Source: a virus
Taxonomy: Duplodnaviria; Heunggongvirae; Uroviricota; Caudoviricetes
Reading direction: 5' to 3' (one strand)
Virus record (IMG/VR): IMGVR_UViG_3300032291_002057
Location: 14,305 to 78,304 of that record
DNA: 64,000 nt
Part shown: one piece after another, positions 19,247 to 28,562 of the stretch
Numbering within the stretch: position 1 is the stretch's first letter
Layout: the number at the start of each line of letters is the position of its first letter
Notes under the pieces: generated by a model
What the model was told of the DNA's origin: nothing
What the model saw: only the letters and a program-made list of their open reading frames with translations
The model's database searches: none
Program-made: the position numbers and the translations under genes

Positions 19247-19604
19247 TGCAGTATTATTTTTGTTGGTTCTACTTTTTATTAAACATTGGTATATTGATTT
19301 TGTCAATCAAACTAATGAAGAAGTGGCAAGCAAAGGTATCTATGGCGATGGTGCTGGTCTGGGGCATTCAATTAAACATGGCTTTGCCACACTGTTATGT
19401 ATTCTTTCAGTAACAGGATCACAATTCTTTGGATATGCAATGATTCTAGCATTTATTGACTTTGTTGTGCATTACCATGTTGATTGGCTTAAAATGAATT
19501 ATGGCAATCGTGATATCACGACCCCTGCTTTCTGGAATCATTTAGGGCTAGATCAACTTGCACATTATTTGACTTATTTGTTTATTGCAAGGATGATTGT
19601 ATGA
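19239..19604 (+). CDS. hypothetical membrane protein (3-4 predicted TM helices)
   Basis: Hydrophobic segments LFLLVLLFI, LCILSVTGSQFFGYAMILAFIDFVV. Confidence 0.4.
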   Translation: MIDAVLFLLVLLFIKHWYIDFVNQTNEEVASKGIYGDGAGLGHSIKHGFATLLCILSVTGSQFFGYAMILAFIDFVVHYHVDWLKMNYGNRDITTPAFWNHLGLDQLAHYLTYLFIARMIV

Positions 19605-19804
19605 ACGAACGAATTAAAGAACTAATGCAACAAGCAGGCACTGATATTAGTGGCAAATGGATGGGCGTGGACCATGCTGAAAAATTTGCCGAGTTGCTTG
19701 TACGGGAATGTGCCGACGTTCTACTTGAGCAGAAGAAAGAACCTTTCCCTCTTGATCCTGATTTTGCCGCAAGTTTAATCAAAGAACATTTTGAAGTTGA
19801 CTGA
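19601..19804 (+). CDS. MNERIKEL-family small protein (paralog 1)
   Basis: MNERIKELMQQ...FAELLVRECADVL...EHFEVD; 5' nucleotide sequence ATGAACGAACGAATTAAAGAACT is shared with the other copies. Confidence 0.5.
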   Translation: MNERIKELMQQAGTDISGKWMGVDHAEKFAELLVRECADVLLEQKKEPFPLDPDFAASLIKEHFEVD

Positions 19805-19903
19805 TGACTTACATTACTAATAAACACAACAATATTACTCTTCCCTATGAAGAAGGTTTGTTAGAATGGTTGCACAAAAATTATCCAAACTCTCAGTACA
19901 GAA

Positions 19904-20215
19904 TTGTCACCGATGAATAAATTTAGACCGCAAGATATCAATACTCGCTACATTATGAAACAACGGCGTATTACTGGCCGTTCTGAAAATTATAATTGGC
20001 AGACTCGCATCAAATGGTATCCTGCTAGTTGGAAAGTAAATCAAATCAGTATAGGTCGTAGATTTGGTCAACTACATTATTTGGCTTGCCATGCTCCCCT
20101 GCCTATACAAAAGAAATGGAAGCAAGCATACACAACTTTTTGCAGTAAACATTTACCATATCATAACTCAAGTATACGTTTTTTAAATCAATATACTGCA
20201 CATAGGTGGCTATAA
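19904..20215 (+). CDS. hypothetical protein
   Basis: 103-aa ORF. Confidence 0.3.
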   Translation: MSPMNKFRPQDINTRYIMKQRRITGRSENYNWQTRIKWYPASWKVNQISIGRRFGQLHYLACHAPLPIQKKWKQAYTTFCSKHLPYHNSSIRFLNQYTAHRWL

Positions 20216-20550
20216 TGACATTAGCGGAATATTTTGCATTGCATAGATATAAAGCCAAATACGATATAGGAGATAGAGTATTTGGTCATTGGAAGAAAAT
20301 TCCATTTATGGGAACTGTCGGCAACGACACTTTAGTAAATGAAACTGAAGGGCCTCGCATCACTATACATTTGGATTTACCAATTAAGTATGAAAATACA
20401 ATTCATAACTTTATAATAGTAAAGCACAAAGATGTAAAAAAACTTACACCATACAACGAAAAGGAAATATATGACAAAGACACTGATAGCAAAACCAGTA
20501 GTAAAAAACCAGTTTTGGATAGTAACGGACGGAAAAGAAAAAGTCGGTAA
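20206..20550 (+). CDS. hypothetical protein
   Basis: 114-aa ORF; its low-complexity C-terminal tail overlaps the next ORF. Confidence 0.3.
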   Translation: MAIMTLAEYFALHRYKAKYDIGDRVFGHWKKIPFMGTVGNDTLVNETEGPRITIHLDLPIKYENTIHNFIIVKHKDVKKLTPYNEKEIYDKDTDSKTSSKKPVLDSNGRKRKSR

Positions 20551-20932
20551 TGTAATTGCTGATGGTTCTGGATTTAAAGTTAAATTGAATGGTAATAAAA
20601 GCCATTTTAAAAACACTACTGCTATACAGAAACAGATTCAAATAGAATTTCAACCTGCACAGAATAACAAAGTTACCAAAGACACCCCTTTTGCTGAGTT
20701 TCCTACTACAAAAAAAGTGTGTAATTCAATACTTGATATAAAAAGAAAAATACATTTATACACTAAAACCCCCAAAAGTAAATGTTATTATGCCGCAGGT
20801 TGGTATCTAGTGTATCAAGGTATTGAGCCTGTTGTGACTTTTTGCCCAAAATATATCTTTATTCAGCGGTACAAGTACTTAGGACCATTTAAAACTGAAA
20901 ACGAAGCAGAAAACATGATAAATAGTATATGA
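20471..20932 (+). CDS. hypothetical protein
   Basis: 153-aa ORF with protein-like composition; overlaps the previous ORF by 80 nt. Confidence 0.35.
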   Translation: MTKTLIAKPVVKNQFWIVTDGKEKVGNVIADGSGFKVKLNGNKSHFKNTTAIQKQIQIEFQPAQNNKVTKDTPFAEFPTTKKVCNSILDIKRKIHLYTKTPKSKCYYAAGWYLVYQGIEPVVTFCPKYIFIQRYKYLGPFKTENEAENMINSI

Positions 20933-21129
20933 TTCATATAAAAAGGTTTATTGATAAAGTTTCTTATATAGAAACTAAACAAGGAAAAGACGTAGTGATT
21001 CCTGTCTCAGAGGCAAGAGGGTTGCGTGATGAACTTGCTAAATTATTAGTAGACCAATATGAGAATACTGAAAAAATGAAAAACATACCTGATGTTATAG
21101 AGGTAGAGATCATCGGGGGCAAATTTTAA
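20929..21129 (+). CDS. hypothetical protein
   Basis: 66-aa ORF, ATGA overlap. Confidence 0.35.
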   Translation: MIHIKRFIDKVSYIETKQGKDVVIPVSEARGLRDELAKLLVDQYENTEKMKNIPDVIEVEIIGGKF

Positions 21130-21425
21130 TGAGTAGAACACAACCAAAAGTCTTACTTGAACTAGTAGACAAAGTAACATACAAGTGTGATCAAATTGTA
21201 GAAGCATCTGGAATTTGGGCAGTGTTCTATGACGGACAACCTATCAATCTAAAATCACAGCATTACTTAGATAATGAAGCAACTCCTAAATATAAAAAAA
21301 CAAGTTTTAGTAATCCAGGACATGCTAGAAACTTGTGTAGGAAATTGAACACACAATTCAAAACAGATAAGTTTACTGTAGTGTTTATGAACAACGGTAC
21401 AGTAGTGTACCCAGATGAGTCATAA
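21129..21425 (+). CDS. hypothetical protein
   Basis: 98-aa ORF, TAATG overlap. Confidence 0.35.
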   Translation: MSRTQPKVLLELVDKVTYKCDQIVEASGIWAVFYDGQPINLKSQHYLDNEATPKYKKTSFSNPGHARNLCRKLNTQFKTDKFTVVFMNNGTVVYPDES

Positions 21426-21807
21426 CAAAACTAAAAAACAAATTATCACTGAGGCTGTTTTACAACAGCTTCCGCCAAATAACGAACCAATAGATAGAAC
21501 TATAAATGAATGGTGGTTCACCCGTTCCGGAGATGGATTGAGATTATCTGCACACGGTGATTTATGTTTTAGACTAGCAGAGATAGAATTTTTTGATTTA
21601 CCTTTAGAAGTCAAACAACCTAACTGGCACAAATTCATTGTTGATTGTAGTAAAAAAATCAAATGTCCTTATTTTATTGGTGTAAATACAAAGGAAGAAA
21701 AACAAAAGAAAGCCTTCATTAGATTGTATGATAGTAAAATTGCTATGCTTGTACAACTATACGGAGACTTACAAAGTTATTTAGAATCAATAAAGGTAAG
21801 ACAATGA
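21415..21807 (+). CDS. hypothetical protein
   Basis: 130-aa ORF. Confidence 0.35.
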   Translation: MSHNKTKKQIITEAVLQQLPPNNEPIDRTINEWWFTRSGDGLRLSAHGDLCFRLAEIEFFDLPLEVKQPNWHKFIVDCSKKIKCPYFIGVNTKEEKQKKAFIRLYDSKIAMLVQLYGDLQSYLESIKVRQ

Positions 21808-21974
21808 CAGAAGAAAAGAAAAGTAAAAATCCATTTATTAATTTAGCCAATGAAGCTAAGAAAAATAATATTCATCCTGGTTTAGGCAAAGCCCCTAAAA
21901 AACAAGGACCTAAGGTAAATACAAAAGGTTTTGGTGGCGCTAGTACAGTGCGTAGAACCGGACGTGGTGGTTAA
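21804..21974 (+). CDS. small Lys/Gly-rich protein (56 aa), not in the ORF track
   Basis: ATGA overlap with the upstream stop; MTEEKKSKNPFINLANEAKKNNIHPGLGKAPKKQGPKVNTKGFGGASTVRRTGRGG. Confidence 0.3.
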   Translation: MTEEKKSKNPFINLANEAKKNNIHPGLGKAPKKQGPKVNTKGFGGASTVRRTGRGG

Positions 21975-22459
21975 TACCAAACACCTTCATTACGCATTCG
22001 TTTAATTAATGTAACCATATTGCTACATATGCCAAAGCATTTTAATTGAACAGTGCTAAACAAACTTTGATCTTTTACCTCAGGTAAAAAAACAATACTA
22101 GTGTTGTTTATAGCAACAGTTCCCGGGGTGATTAATTTTCCACTGCTAGTTTCGGTTGGAGTGTTTTCTTGTAGATTAGAAAAATAAAAATAATTTGGAT
22201 ATAAATTAGCAGGTTGACTAGAAATCCAATTTCGCATTTCAGTGTTTTTAGCATTGATCCAAAATCTAGGACCTTGTAAATATTTTTCAGTTACCTGAGT
22301 AATTGGTTCGTTTGTACCTAAATATAGTACCCCATTAACTCTCCAAGCATCGACCAGGCAAGAAAAACCAGCATTAAATGCTTTACTTATTTGTTTGGGA
22401 GTATTAGCATCTTGATAGTTTTGCCCATCAAAAATTCCTTGATAAGATATAAATAACAT
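21971..22459 (-). CDS. hypothetical protein (single minus-strand gene island)
   Basis: 162-aa ORF convergent with the upstream plus-strand genes. Confidence 0.45.
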   Translation of the reverse strand: MLFISYQGIFDGQNYQDANTPKQISKAFNAGFSCLVDAWRVNGVLYLGTNEPITQVTEKYLQGPRFWINAKNTEMRNWISSQPANLYPNYFYFSNLQENTPTETSSGKLITPGTVAINNTSIVFLPEVKDQSLFSTVQLKCFGICSNMVTLIKRMRNEGVWY

Positions 22460-22560
22460 CTATTATTTATCTGCAAAATGTCAACGGACATCTATGGTAG
22501 CACGTTATATATATGTAGACAATAAAATCTACAATTTCATTAATCTCAAAGGAAACCAAA

Positions 22561-22827
22561 ATGAAACAAATCGCAACTTTAATTGTTACCCTAGTCGCCG
22601 CAACCGCTTTTGCCGCAGAACCTGCAAAGAAGCCAGCTGACAAAGTTGAAGCTAAACCAGCCGCAACTGCACCGGCTGCTCCTGCTAAAGCAGAAGCACC
22701 AAAAGAAGAAATGAAATTAGCTAAGAAAAAGGATGCTCCCAAAGCAGATACTAAAAGTACCCCTGCCAAGACAGAAGCGGCTCCAGCAAAAACTGCTCCA
22801 AAAGCAGACGCTAAACCAGCCAAATGA
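22561..22827 (+). CDS. small secreted Ala/Pro/Lys-rich protein
   Basis: N-terminal signal peptide MKQIATLIVTLVAATAFAAEP followed by low-complexity AKP/APA repeats; SD AAAGGAAACC upstream. Confidence 0.45.
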   Translation: MKQIATLIVTLVAATAFAAEPAKKPADKVEAKPAATAPAAPAKAEAPKEEMKLAKKKDAPKADTKSTPAKTEAAPAKTAPKADAKPAK

Positions 22828-23007
22828 AGTAGATGATGACGATAACTACAATATAGTTGAATTAGACTTTCATCGTAGTTATAGTCGTCCTAAAGTAGTT
22901 AGTTCTAATCTATGGGATGATGATACGGAATTACCCGATCATATTACTAGTAGATTAGAACTTGCAAGGATAAAAGCATTAGAAGCATATCATAATAAAT
23001 ATGTGTT

Positions 23008-23748
23008 ATGATCTTACCTACTTTAAAACTATCATTTAAGTGTCATCTGTATGCCAGATATACCGGTATAGATAGTGTTAATAAATGTTTAGATAAAGAA
23101 CATTTTTTAAATTATCCATATAAGATAGAATATAAACATAATTCTAGAGGTTTCAGAGGGCCCGAGTGGCCCTCTGATATTGATAATGTATGTTGGTGTA
23201 TAGGTGATAGTTTTACCAGTGGTGTGGGACAGCCATATGAACATACATGGCCGTATGTATTTTCAAGTAAATCAAATATTCCAGTAATCAATGTATCTAT
23301 GGACGGTGCTAGTAACACTTGGATTTCCCGTAAAATACTAGAATTACTAGAAATACAGCCAAAATATATTATCATTCAATGGTCATATATTCATCGTAGA
23401 GAAAAAGACATAGATATAAATGTAGATAGTAAAAATCATATTAATTGTGATGAACAAAGAACTATATGGTATTCATCTGAAACGTCTGAGGACGACATGC
23501 AAAACAATATTGATTGTATTAACTTGGTCGAAGCCAATAAAAGAAATACAACCGTTATACATACTTTCATACCAAAAAATGTTCCTGAAGAATACAAATT
23601 AATATTTAAAGACTTGATTGAAAAAATGAATATAAACGTAGTTTGGTTTGACCAAATTGACTATGCAAGAGATTACTTGCATTATGATATTAAAACCAGT
23701 ACTGATTTGGTAGAAAAAATCATAGCATCTAAATATATAAATATTTAA
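23008..23748 (+). CDS. SGNH/GDSL-like hydrolase (paralog A)
   Basis: CIGDSFTSGVG (GDS-x-x-x-G block I) 60 aa into the protein; paralogous to 59834-60457 and 60454-61206. Confidence 0.5.
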   Translation: MILPTLKLSFKCHLYARYTGIDSVNKCLDKEHFLNYPYKIEYKHNSRGFRGPEWPSDIDNVCWCIGDSFTSGVGQPYEHTWPYVFSSKSNIPVINVSMDGASNTWISRKILELLEIQPKYIIIQWSYIHRREKDIDINVDSKNHINCDEQRTIWYSSETSEDDMQNNIDCINLVEANKRNTTVIHTFIPKNVPEEYKLIFKDLIEKMNINVVWFDQIDYARDYLHYDIKTSTDLVEKIIASKYINI

Positions 23749-23831
23749 CAGCAGTATGTTGTATAAATATTAATGCAGTTATGAGTTCTGTATAAAAACT
23801 CACTTTTAAACACACACATAGGAGATATAAA

Positions 23832-24119
23832 ATGTTTAACACAGCAACTTACGCCTTAGTTGACGGCGTTTCAGACTTCAAAAAGAAATTTGTAGAACAA
23901 ACAGTTCAACACGAAGGCATCAAAACAGCATTGAATTCATTCGTTGATGCACAATCAAACTATACAAAAGCAGCCGCAGATGCAGGAATGCAATCAATGA
24001 TGGCCTTGGGTATGATTTTCACAAGCAAAGATTTTTACACACAATTAGCTGACCAGTATAAAGCAATGGTTCCTGCTTTTAATTTTGCTAAAACTGCAAA
24101 ATCTGCAAAGGCAAAGTAA
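23832..24119 (+). CDS. hypothetical protein with strong RBS
   Basis: AGGAGATATAAA-ATG; 95 aa, amphipathic, Ala-rich. Confidence 0.5.
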   Translation: MFNTATYALVDGVSDFKKKFVEQTVQHEGIKTALNSFVDAQSNYTKAAADAGMQSMMALGMIFTSKDFYTQLADQYKAMVPAFNFAKTAKSAKAK

Positions 24120-24488
24120 TGAAAAATATTCTAGGAACATTAAAAGCGTTCCTAGGTTTCTCAGAAACCTACGGCACTGAGTTAGAAAAATATATTGTCG
24201 GCCGAAATCCACAAGATTTAAGCGACATTGAGCGATTGACCTACGAGTTCCATCGCAAACAATCAAATTGGAGATTTCTATGAACACACTTAAGCAACTT
24301 TTCAACAGCCTCTTAGAGGCAATCAGTGATATTAAAAAATACAAAGCGAGTAAAATGCAATGAACCAATGGCAACCAATGACCGATGAAGATTGGGAGTG
24401 GGTCAATCATGGTACATTACCAAAACCAATTGACATTCCAGTCAATACAAACTACAATTAATACACATACACTTTTAAGGAAAACAAA

Positions 24489-24767
24489 ATGACAGACTCT
24501 AAAGATTGGGCACCAAAATTGCCCGAAGTTAAATTTAACAAGAATGGCTATGAACTACGTACAGATATCCTGGCTATGGCTAAGGATCTAGTACAGAGTG
24601 AATACAGCGTTAAGTTCCAAGGTTGGGAAATGTCAGCCGAGCGTGACCCAAAGACAAATCAAATTGTATCTACTGTTAAAATGCCCGAGTTTCCGGGTCT
24701 AGATAAGATACTAGAAACTGCTGAAAAAATGTACGGCTTTGTAAATCAAGGTCAATCTAAGAAGTAA
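24489..24767 (+). CDS. hypothetical protein
   Basis: AAGGAAAACAAA-ATG; 92 aa; followed by a hairpin (GAAGGCTC/GAGCCTTC). Confidence 0.4.
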   Translation: MTDSKDWAPKLPEVKFNKNGYELRTDILAMAKDLVQSEYSVKFQGWEMSAERDPKTNQIVSTVKMPEFPGLDKILETAEKMYGFVNQGQSKK

Positions 24768-24805
24768 TTCTTAACAACCGAAGGCTCTTTTATGAGCCTT
24801 CCTTT

Positions 24806-25915
24806 ATGGCTATAAATAATGGTATGAATGTACTAATACTAACCCCTGACCGTGTAGGAAGCACCCTACTACAACGCTTAATAACCATATATATGAATGC
24901 ACATACATATGATAAACCTGTTATAAATCTACATGAACTTACCAATGGGTTAGAATCATATTACAGCGATATTTATAATAAAGAGATATTAGGGAAACCC
25001 AAATCAAAAGCATGGGGTTATTATCAAACATTAGAAGAAGTGACAACCCTATTAAGAAACGCCGATCACTACAAGACATGTCGTTTGGCTAGATATCATA
25101 TTGTTAGTAGATTCGATTCATTACCAGACCAGGTGCAATTTTATAATTATATCAATGAAAACTTTTATGTTATATCAGCACGAAGAAACAATCTATTTGA
25201 ACATGCTATCAGTTGGGGAATTCATGGAGTATCAAACAAGTTAAATGTATTTACTCACCAAGAAAAAATAGACACATTCTATAACATTTATAAAAATGGT
25301 GTGACTATTCACCCGACTAAATTAACAAAGCATCTAAATGATTATAAAGAATATATAAATTGGTGTGATACTTATTTCAATGTTTCTTCATATTTTGATT
25401 ACGAAAAAGACTTAAAAAATATTGAAAAATATATATTAGGACTGGATATCTTTCCAAATCAAGAACGTAAAACATGGGAAGACATATTTGATATCCCCTG
25501 GACTGATTGGAATAAATGTCATAAGTTAATTAGTGACTTTGGCGGGTCCGATATTAAATTACTAGAAAACAATACTGTTACTGATTTAACTCCAACTGTA
25601 TTGCAAACAAGTTTAAGTTTAGTTGACCAAAATTATTTATTACAGCACGGGCCAAAATATATGAATGCACACAACGGAATAGCGCAACTTGTTTTCCAAG
25701 GCGCTTTAGTTACTAACGTTCCTATTAAGTTACAAACACTAGCGGAAAAAAGAAAGATAATTAAAAACTTTGATGAATGTGTTGATGTTTATAATAAATG
25801 GGTAGATGATAATGGAATGGGTATAAAATATACACATGATGAATTAAAACTACTTTCTAATAACGAAGTAAAAGAATGGTACAAAGAAGTACCGGAAACT
25901 TTACTACTAAAATAA
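24806..25915 (+). CDS. hypothetical protein, possible sulfotransferase-like fold
   Basis: N-terminal LILTPDRVGSTLLQRLI (PAPS 5'-PSB-like) and VISARRNNLFEHAISW (Stf0-type RR-x-x-x-x-x-A-VS-like). Assignment tentative. Confidence 0.35.
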   Translation: MAINNGMNVLILTPDRVGSTLLQRLITIYMNAHTYDKPVINLHELTNGLESYYSDIYNKEILGKPKSKAWGYYQTLEEVTTLLRNADHYKTCRLARYHIVSRFDSLPDQVQFYNYINENFYVISARRNNLFEHAISWGIHGVSNKLNVFTHQEKIDTFYNIYKNGVTIHPTKLTKHLNDYKEYINWCDTYFNVSSYFDYEKDLKNIEKYILGLDIFPNQERKTWEDIFDIPWTDWNKCHKLISDFGGSDIKLLENNTVTDLTPTVLQTSLSLVDQNYLLQHGPKYMNAHNGIAQLVFQGALVTNVPIKLQTLAEKRKIIKNFDECVDVYNKWVDDNGMGIKYTHDELKLLSNNEVKEWYKEVPETLLLK

Positions 25916-25929
25916 TACTTTTATACCAC

Positions 25930-25958
25930 TTGACAATAAATCCAAAGTATGTGATACT
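25930..25958 (+). promoter_or_regulatory. degenerate copy of the early promoter (TTGACAATAAATCC...GATACT) abutting the lipoprotein gene start
   Basis: Shares the TTGACAATAAATC core with the six cassette promoters. Confidence 0.35.
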
Positions 25959-27200
25959 TTGGACGTGAATAAATTAACCCTATTATCTCTTTTATTTCTT
26001 GCAGGTTGCGGCGGAGGTGGCGGATCACAACCTCCTGCGACAACTGGTATAAACACTACAGCAGTAGATACATCATGCAGTGTTAGTTCCAGTATTGCAC
26101 CTGCAAGTTACACAGGCGTCTATCAGATTCCTGTACCAACTCAAAGATTAGATACAAATATTCAACGTGCAGTGGGCTTAAAGGACTATTACTCAGGTAG
26201 CACATGTTCGTATACTGTCACACTAGATAGATTACAAAAATTAGGTGTTGATAGAGTTTGGGTTTACAACTATGGAGTATGGGATGACTTTAGTAAACCC
26301 GTTTGGTCAATTGCAGATAATAATTGGCAAATCCCACAAGCATCATTTGCACATTTGTTATCAGAAGCAAATAAAAGAAACATCAAAGTGTTTGTGGCAT
26401 TACAGTTTACTGCTATTGATTCGAAGGGTAATATGTTGCCGTTTGGACAGAATATATCACCTACATTATTACAATCAATGCTTGACAGTCACAAAAAAGC
26501 ATTAACTAGTATAACTAACAAATATGGAAATAGTTTAGGCGGTGTCAGTTTAGATTGGAATGCATTTCATATTATAAATATGCAGGATCATACTGATAGA
26601 TGGGCTACCAATATGGTAGCACTAGCAAATGAAATTCGTAAAAACTTCTCAGGTGTCATTACATATGGACAACACGGTATGCCAAGTTATGATAGTAGAA
26701 TTTACAATGTTATTGACGAAATTCATATTAGCCTTGTACCAAGACTTACCTTAACAGAAAATAATAATATATCGGTCGCTTTATTAAAAACAAAATTTAC
26801 TGAGTTGATAAACCAATCGTTTACACAATTACAAAATACAACTAAACCAGTAACTTGGGAACTTAGTATTCAAAGCAGAGACAAGTATTTCTTAGAAGGT
26901 TGGGTAGAAGATGGATTCTGTATTGTGTCGGGAGGTAATGGCTCACCAACTGATTACAACAATCCATTATGCTCTCAAAAAAATCATGTAACTGATTTTA
27001 GTATCCAAGCTATGGGCGTAGAAGCGGCATTACAGGCTATTGCATCGCAAAACAAGTTTATAACTAAATCAGTTGATTTTCACACAAGCTATTGGCACAC
27101 TGATACCGTTACTCCTGGCAATGAAGGATTCCCTAACTTCTCACAATCTATTCGTGGTAAGCCAGCTGAAAGTATTATTAAATACTGGTTCACTAAATAA
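25959..27200 (+). CDS. lipoprotein (lipobox LAGC followed by a Gly-rich linker), possible carbohydrate-active exported enzyme
   Basis: LTLLSLLFLAGCGGGGGSQPP lipoprotein signal; 413 aa. Start codon uncertain (TTG 25959 or GTG 25965). Confidence 0.55.
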   Translation: MDVNKLTLLSLLFLAGCGGGGGSQPPATTGINTTAVDTSCSVSSSIAPASYTGVYQIPVPTQRLDTNIQRAVGLKDYYSGSTCSYTVTLDRLQKLGVDRVWVYNYGVWDDFSKPVWSIADNNWQIPQASFAHLLSEANKRNIKVFVALQFTAIDSKGNMLPFGQNISPTLLQSMLDSHKKALTSITNKYGNSLGGVSLDWNAFHIINMQDHTDRWATNMVALANEIRKNFSGVITYGQHGMPSYDSRIYNVIDEIHISLVPRLTLTENNNISVALLKTKFTELINQSFTQLQNTTKPVTWELSIQSRDKYFLEGWVEDGFCIVSGGNGSPTDYNNPLCSQKNHVTDFSIQAMGVEAALQAIASQNKFITKSVDFHTSYWHTDTVTPGNEGFPNFSQSIRGKPAESIIKYWFTK

Positions 27201-27204
27201 TAAT

Positions 27205-27831
27205 ATGGCACAATATTCAATCATAGGCATCAGTGGGACAGTTGACAATTTTATTGTTGATACTTTTACAAAGTTGGGATTGAGTGTGGAATATAATATT
27301 GATCGCCCGCTAGATGATTCACAAACTGCTGTTATTATTTCATATGGTCACGGTGGTTATGCCTGGGTTATGACTTCACACGCATTAAGAACGGTATTTA
27401 CATTTACACCTGAACTGTTTGATTCTTGGAAAAAGCACTGGGTAGGTGATGAACAAATTTTATGTAGTGAAGATATTACACATGAACGTTGGGCAAATCA
27501 TGTTCTAAAAAGTTATAATCACATCGGAGTCCACGCCCCGCTCAACGGACTACATGTTGAAGTTGAAAAAAGAATAGGTAATGACAAGTGCCCCAGACAT
27601 GAAATCAAACTTGAGGATATAGTCACCAATCCTGAAAAAGTATTGATACAAATTAGCATGATTGTCAACAAAGATATTCCTATAAATGTCAGAGAATTCT
27701 TCCTTACAGAACAAAAAAAGAAGAAGGAAATCATGGCTCCTTGGATGAATGCTATAGTATTACAAAATGAAAACTCACGAAACTTAAAAGTAAAACATTT
27801 TGATTACACTATTGATTTATTGATTGATTGA
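27205..27831 (+). CDS. hypothetical protein
   Basis: Internal ATG (MAQYSIIG...) of track ORF 27073-27831, chosen to avoid overlap with the lipoprotein gene. Confidence 0.4.
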   Translation: MAQYSIIGISGTVDNFIVDTFTKLGLSVEYNIDRPLDDSQTAVIISYGHGGYAWVMTSHALRTVFTFTPELFDSWKKHWVGDEQILCSEDITHERWANHVLKSYNHIGVHAPLNGLHVEVEKRIGNDKCPRHEIKLEDIVTNPEKVLIQISMIVNKDIPINVREFFLTEQKKKKEIMAPWMNAIVLQNENSRNLKVKHFDYTIDLLID

Positions 27832-27853
27832 ACAATTGTCCAAACAAAAATGG

Positions 27854-27882
27854 TTGACAATAAATCGTTTTGGACTTATACT
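27854..27882 (+). promoter_or_regulatory. early promoter copy A (TTGACAATAAATCGTTTTGGACTTATACT)
   Basis: TTGACA-17-TATACT; the downstream leader is near-identical to copy E at 43446. Confidence 0.6.
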
Positions 27883-27915
27883 ATAGTCTGTTCAGTTGAT
27901 TAAAGGAGTTTTCAA

Positions 27916-28116
27916 ATGATTAACGAATCAAAAGTTTTGGAAGTTGTCAAATCTGTAACCGAGACCAATGCTTATTTTTTCAACGGTACGTTGTTTTTGG
28001 AAACTATTGATAGCAAAATTGCTACTGACGTTTTCTTTGAAATTTGCGAAAAGGTTACAGCCGCGCTTGCTTTTGGTAAGGTTGGTAATGAAACTTCTTA
28101 CGATTTTTTCGGTTGA
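27916..28116 (+). CDS. hypothetical small protein (cassette gene)
   Basis: AAAGGAG RBS; its stop TGA lies inside the -35 TTGACA of the next promoter. Confidence 0.5.
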   Translation: MINESKVLEVVKSVTETNAYFFNGTLFLETIDSKIATDVFFEICEKVTAALAFGKVGNETSYDFFG

Positions 28117-28141
28117 CAATAAATCGTTTTGGGCATATAAT
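28113..28141 (+). promoter_or_regulatory. early promoter copy B (TTGACAATAAATCGTTTTGGGCATATAAT)
   Basis: Perfect TTGACA-17-TATAAT. Confidence 0.65.
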
Positions 28142-28166
28142 ACTTGTATTGATTGATTAAAGGAGC

Positions 28167-28505
28167 TTGCAAATGATTAACGTTAAAACACCCCTGAGTA
28201 CTAATGGTTCTGGTTATTGGTCTGATGTCGCTAAGACAGTACTTGTGACTGGATTAGAACTTTCGTATGTAAATGATGAGAATGACTTTGGTGAACTACG
28301 TGTTCATTTTGATACAAATACTTGGGACGTTGACGCTGACGGTCTTATCTATACTGACAAACAATTCATTAATGATTTAAAAGTATTACTTAATCGCATG
28401 GAATTAGATACCGATGTTTCTTATTCTGAACAAGGTATGCAAGGTGATACTTTTGTTAGTTTGGATGTTGGTCCTGAATTCATTAAATCTTTCAAAATGG
28501 CTTGA
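28167..28505 (+). CDS. hypothetical small protein (cassette gene)
   Basis: AAAGGAG RBS; its stop TGA is embedded in the next TTGACA. Confidence 0.5.
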   Translation: MQMINVKTPLSTNGSGYWSDVAKTVLVTGLELSYVNDENDFGELRVHFDTNTWDVDADGLIYTDKQFINDLKVLLNRMELDTDVSYSEQGMQGDTFVSLDVGPEFIKSFKMA

Positions 28506-28530
28506 CAATAAATCGTTTCGGGTATATAAT
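28502..28530 (+). promoter_or_regulatory. early promoter copy C (TTGACAATAAATCGTTTCGGGTATATAAT)
   Basis: TTGACA-17-TATAAT; leader near-identical to copy F at 43727. Confidence 0.65.
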
Positions 28531-28562
28531 AGAATCTTAAACAGTCGAAACAAGGAGTTAAA

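Noticed and set aside
22467-22823. 118-aa minus-strand Ala-rich ORF
   Set aside because: Exact antisense shadow of the plus-strand APK-repeat gene 22561-22827 (GCx-rich codons read in reverse). The plus ORF has the RBS and signal peptide.
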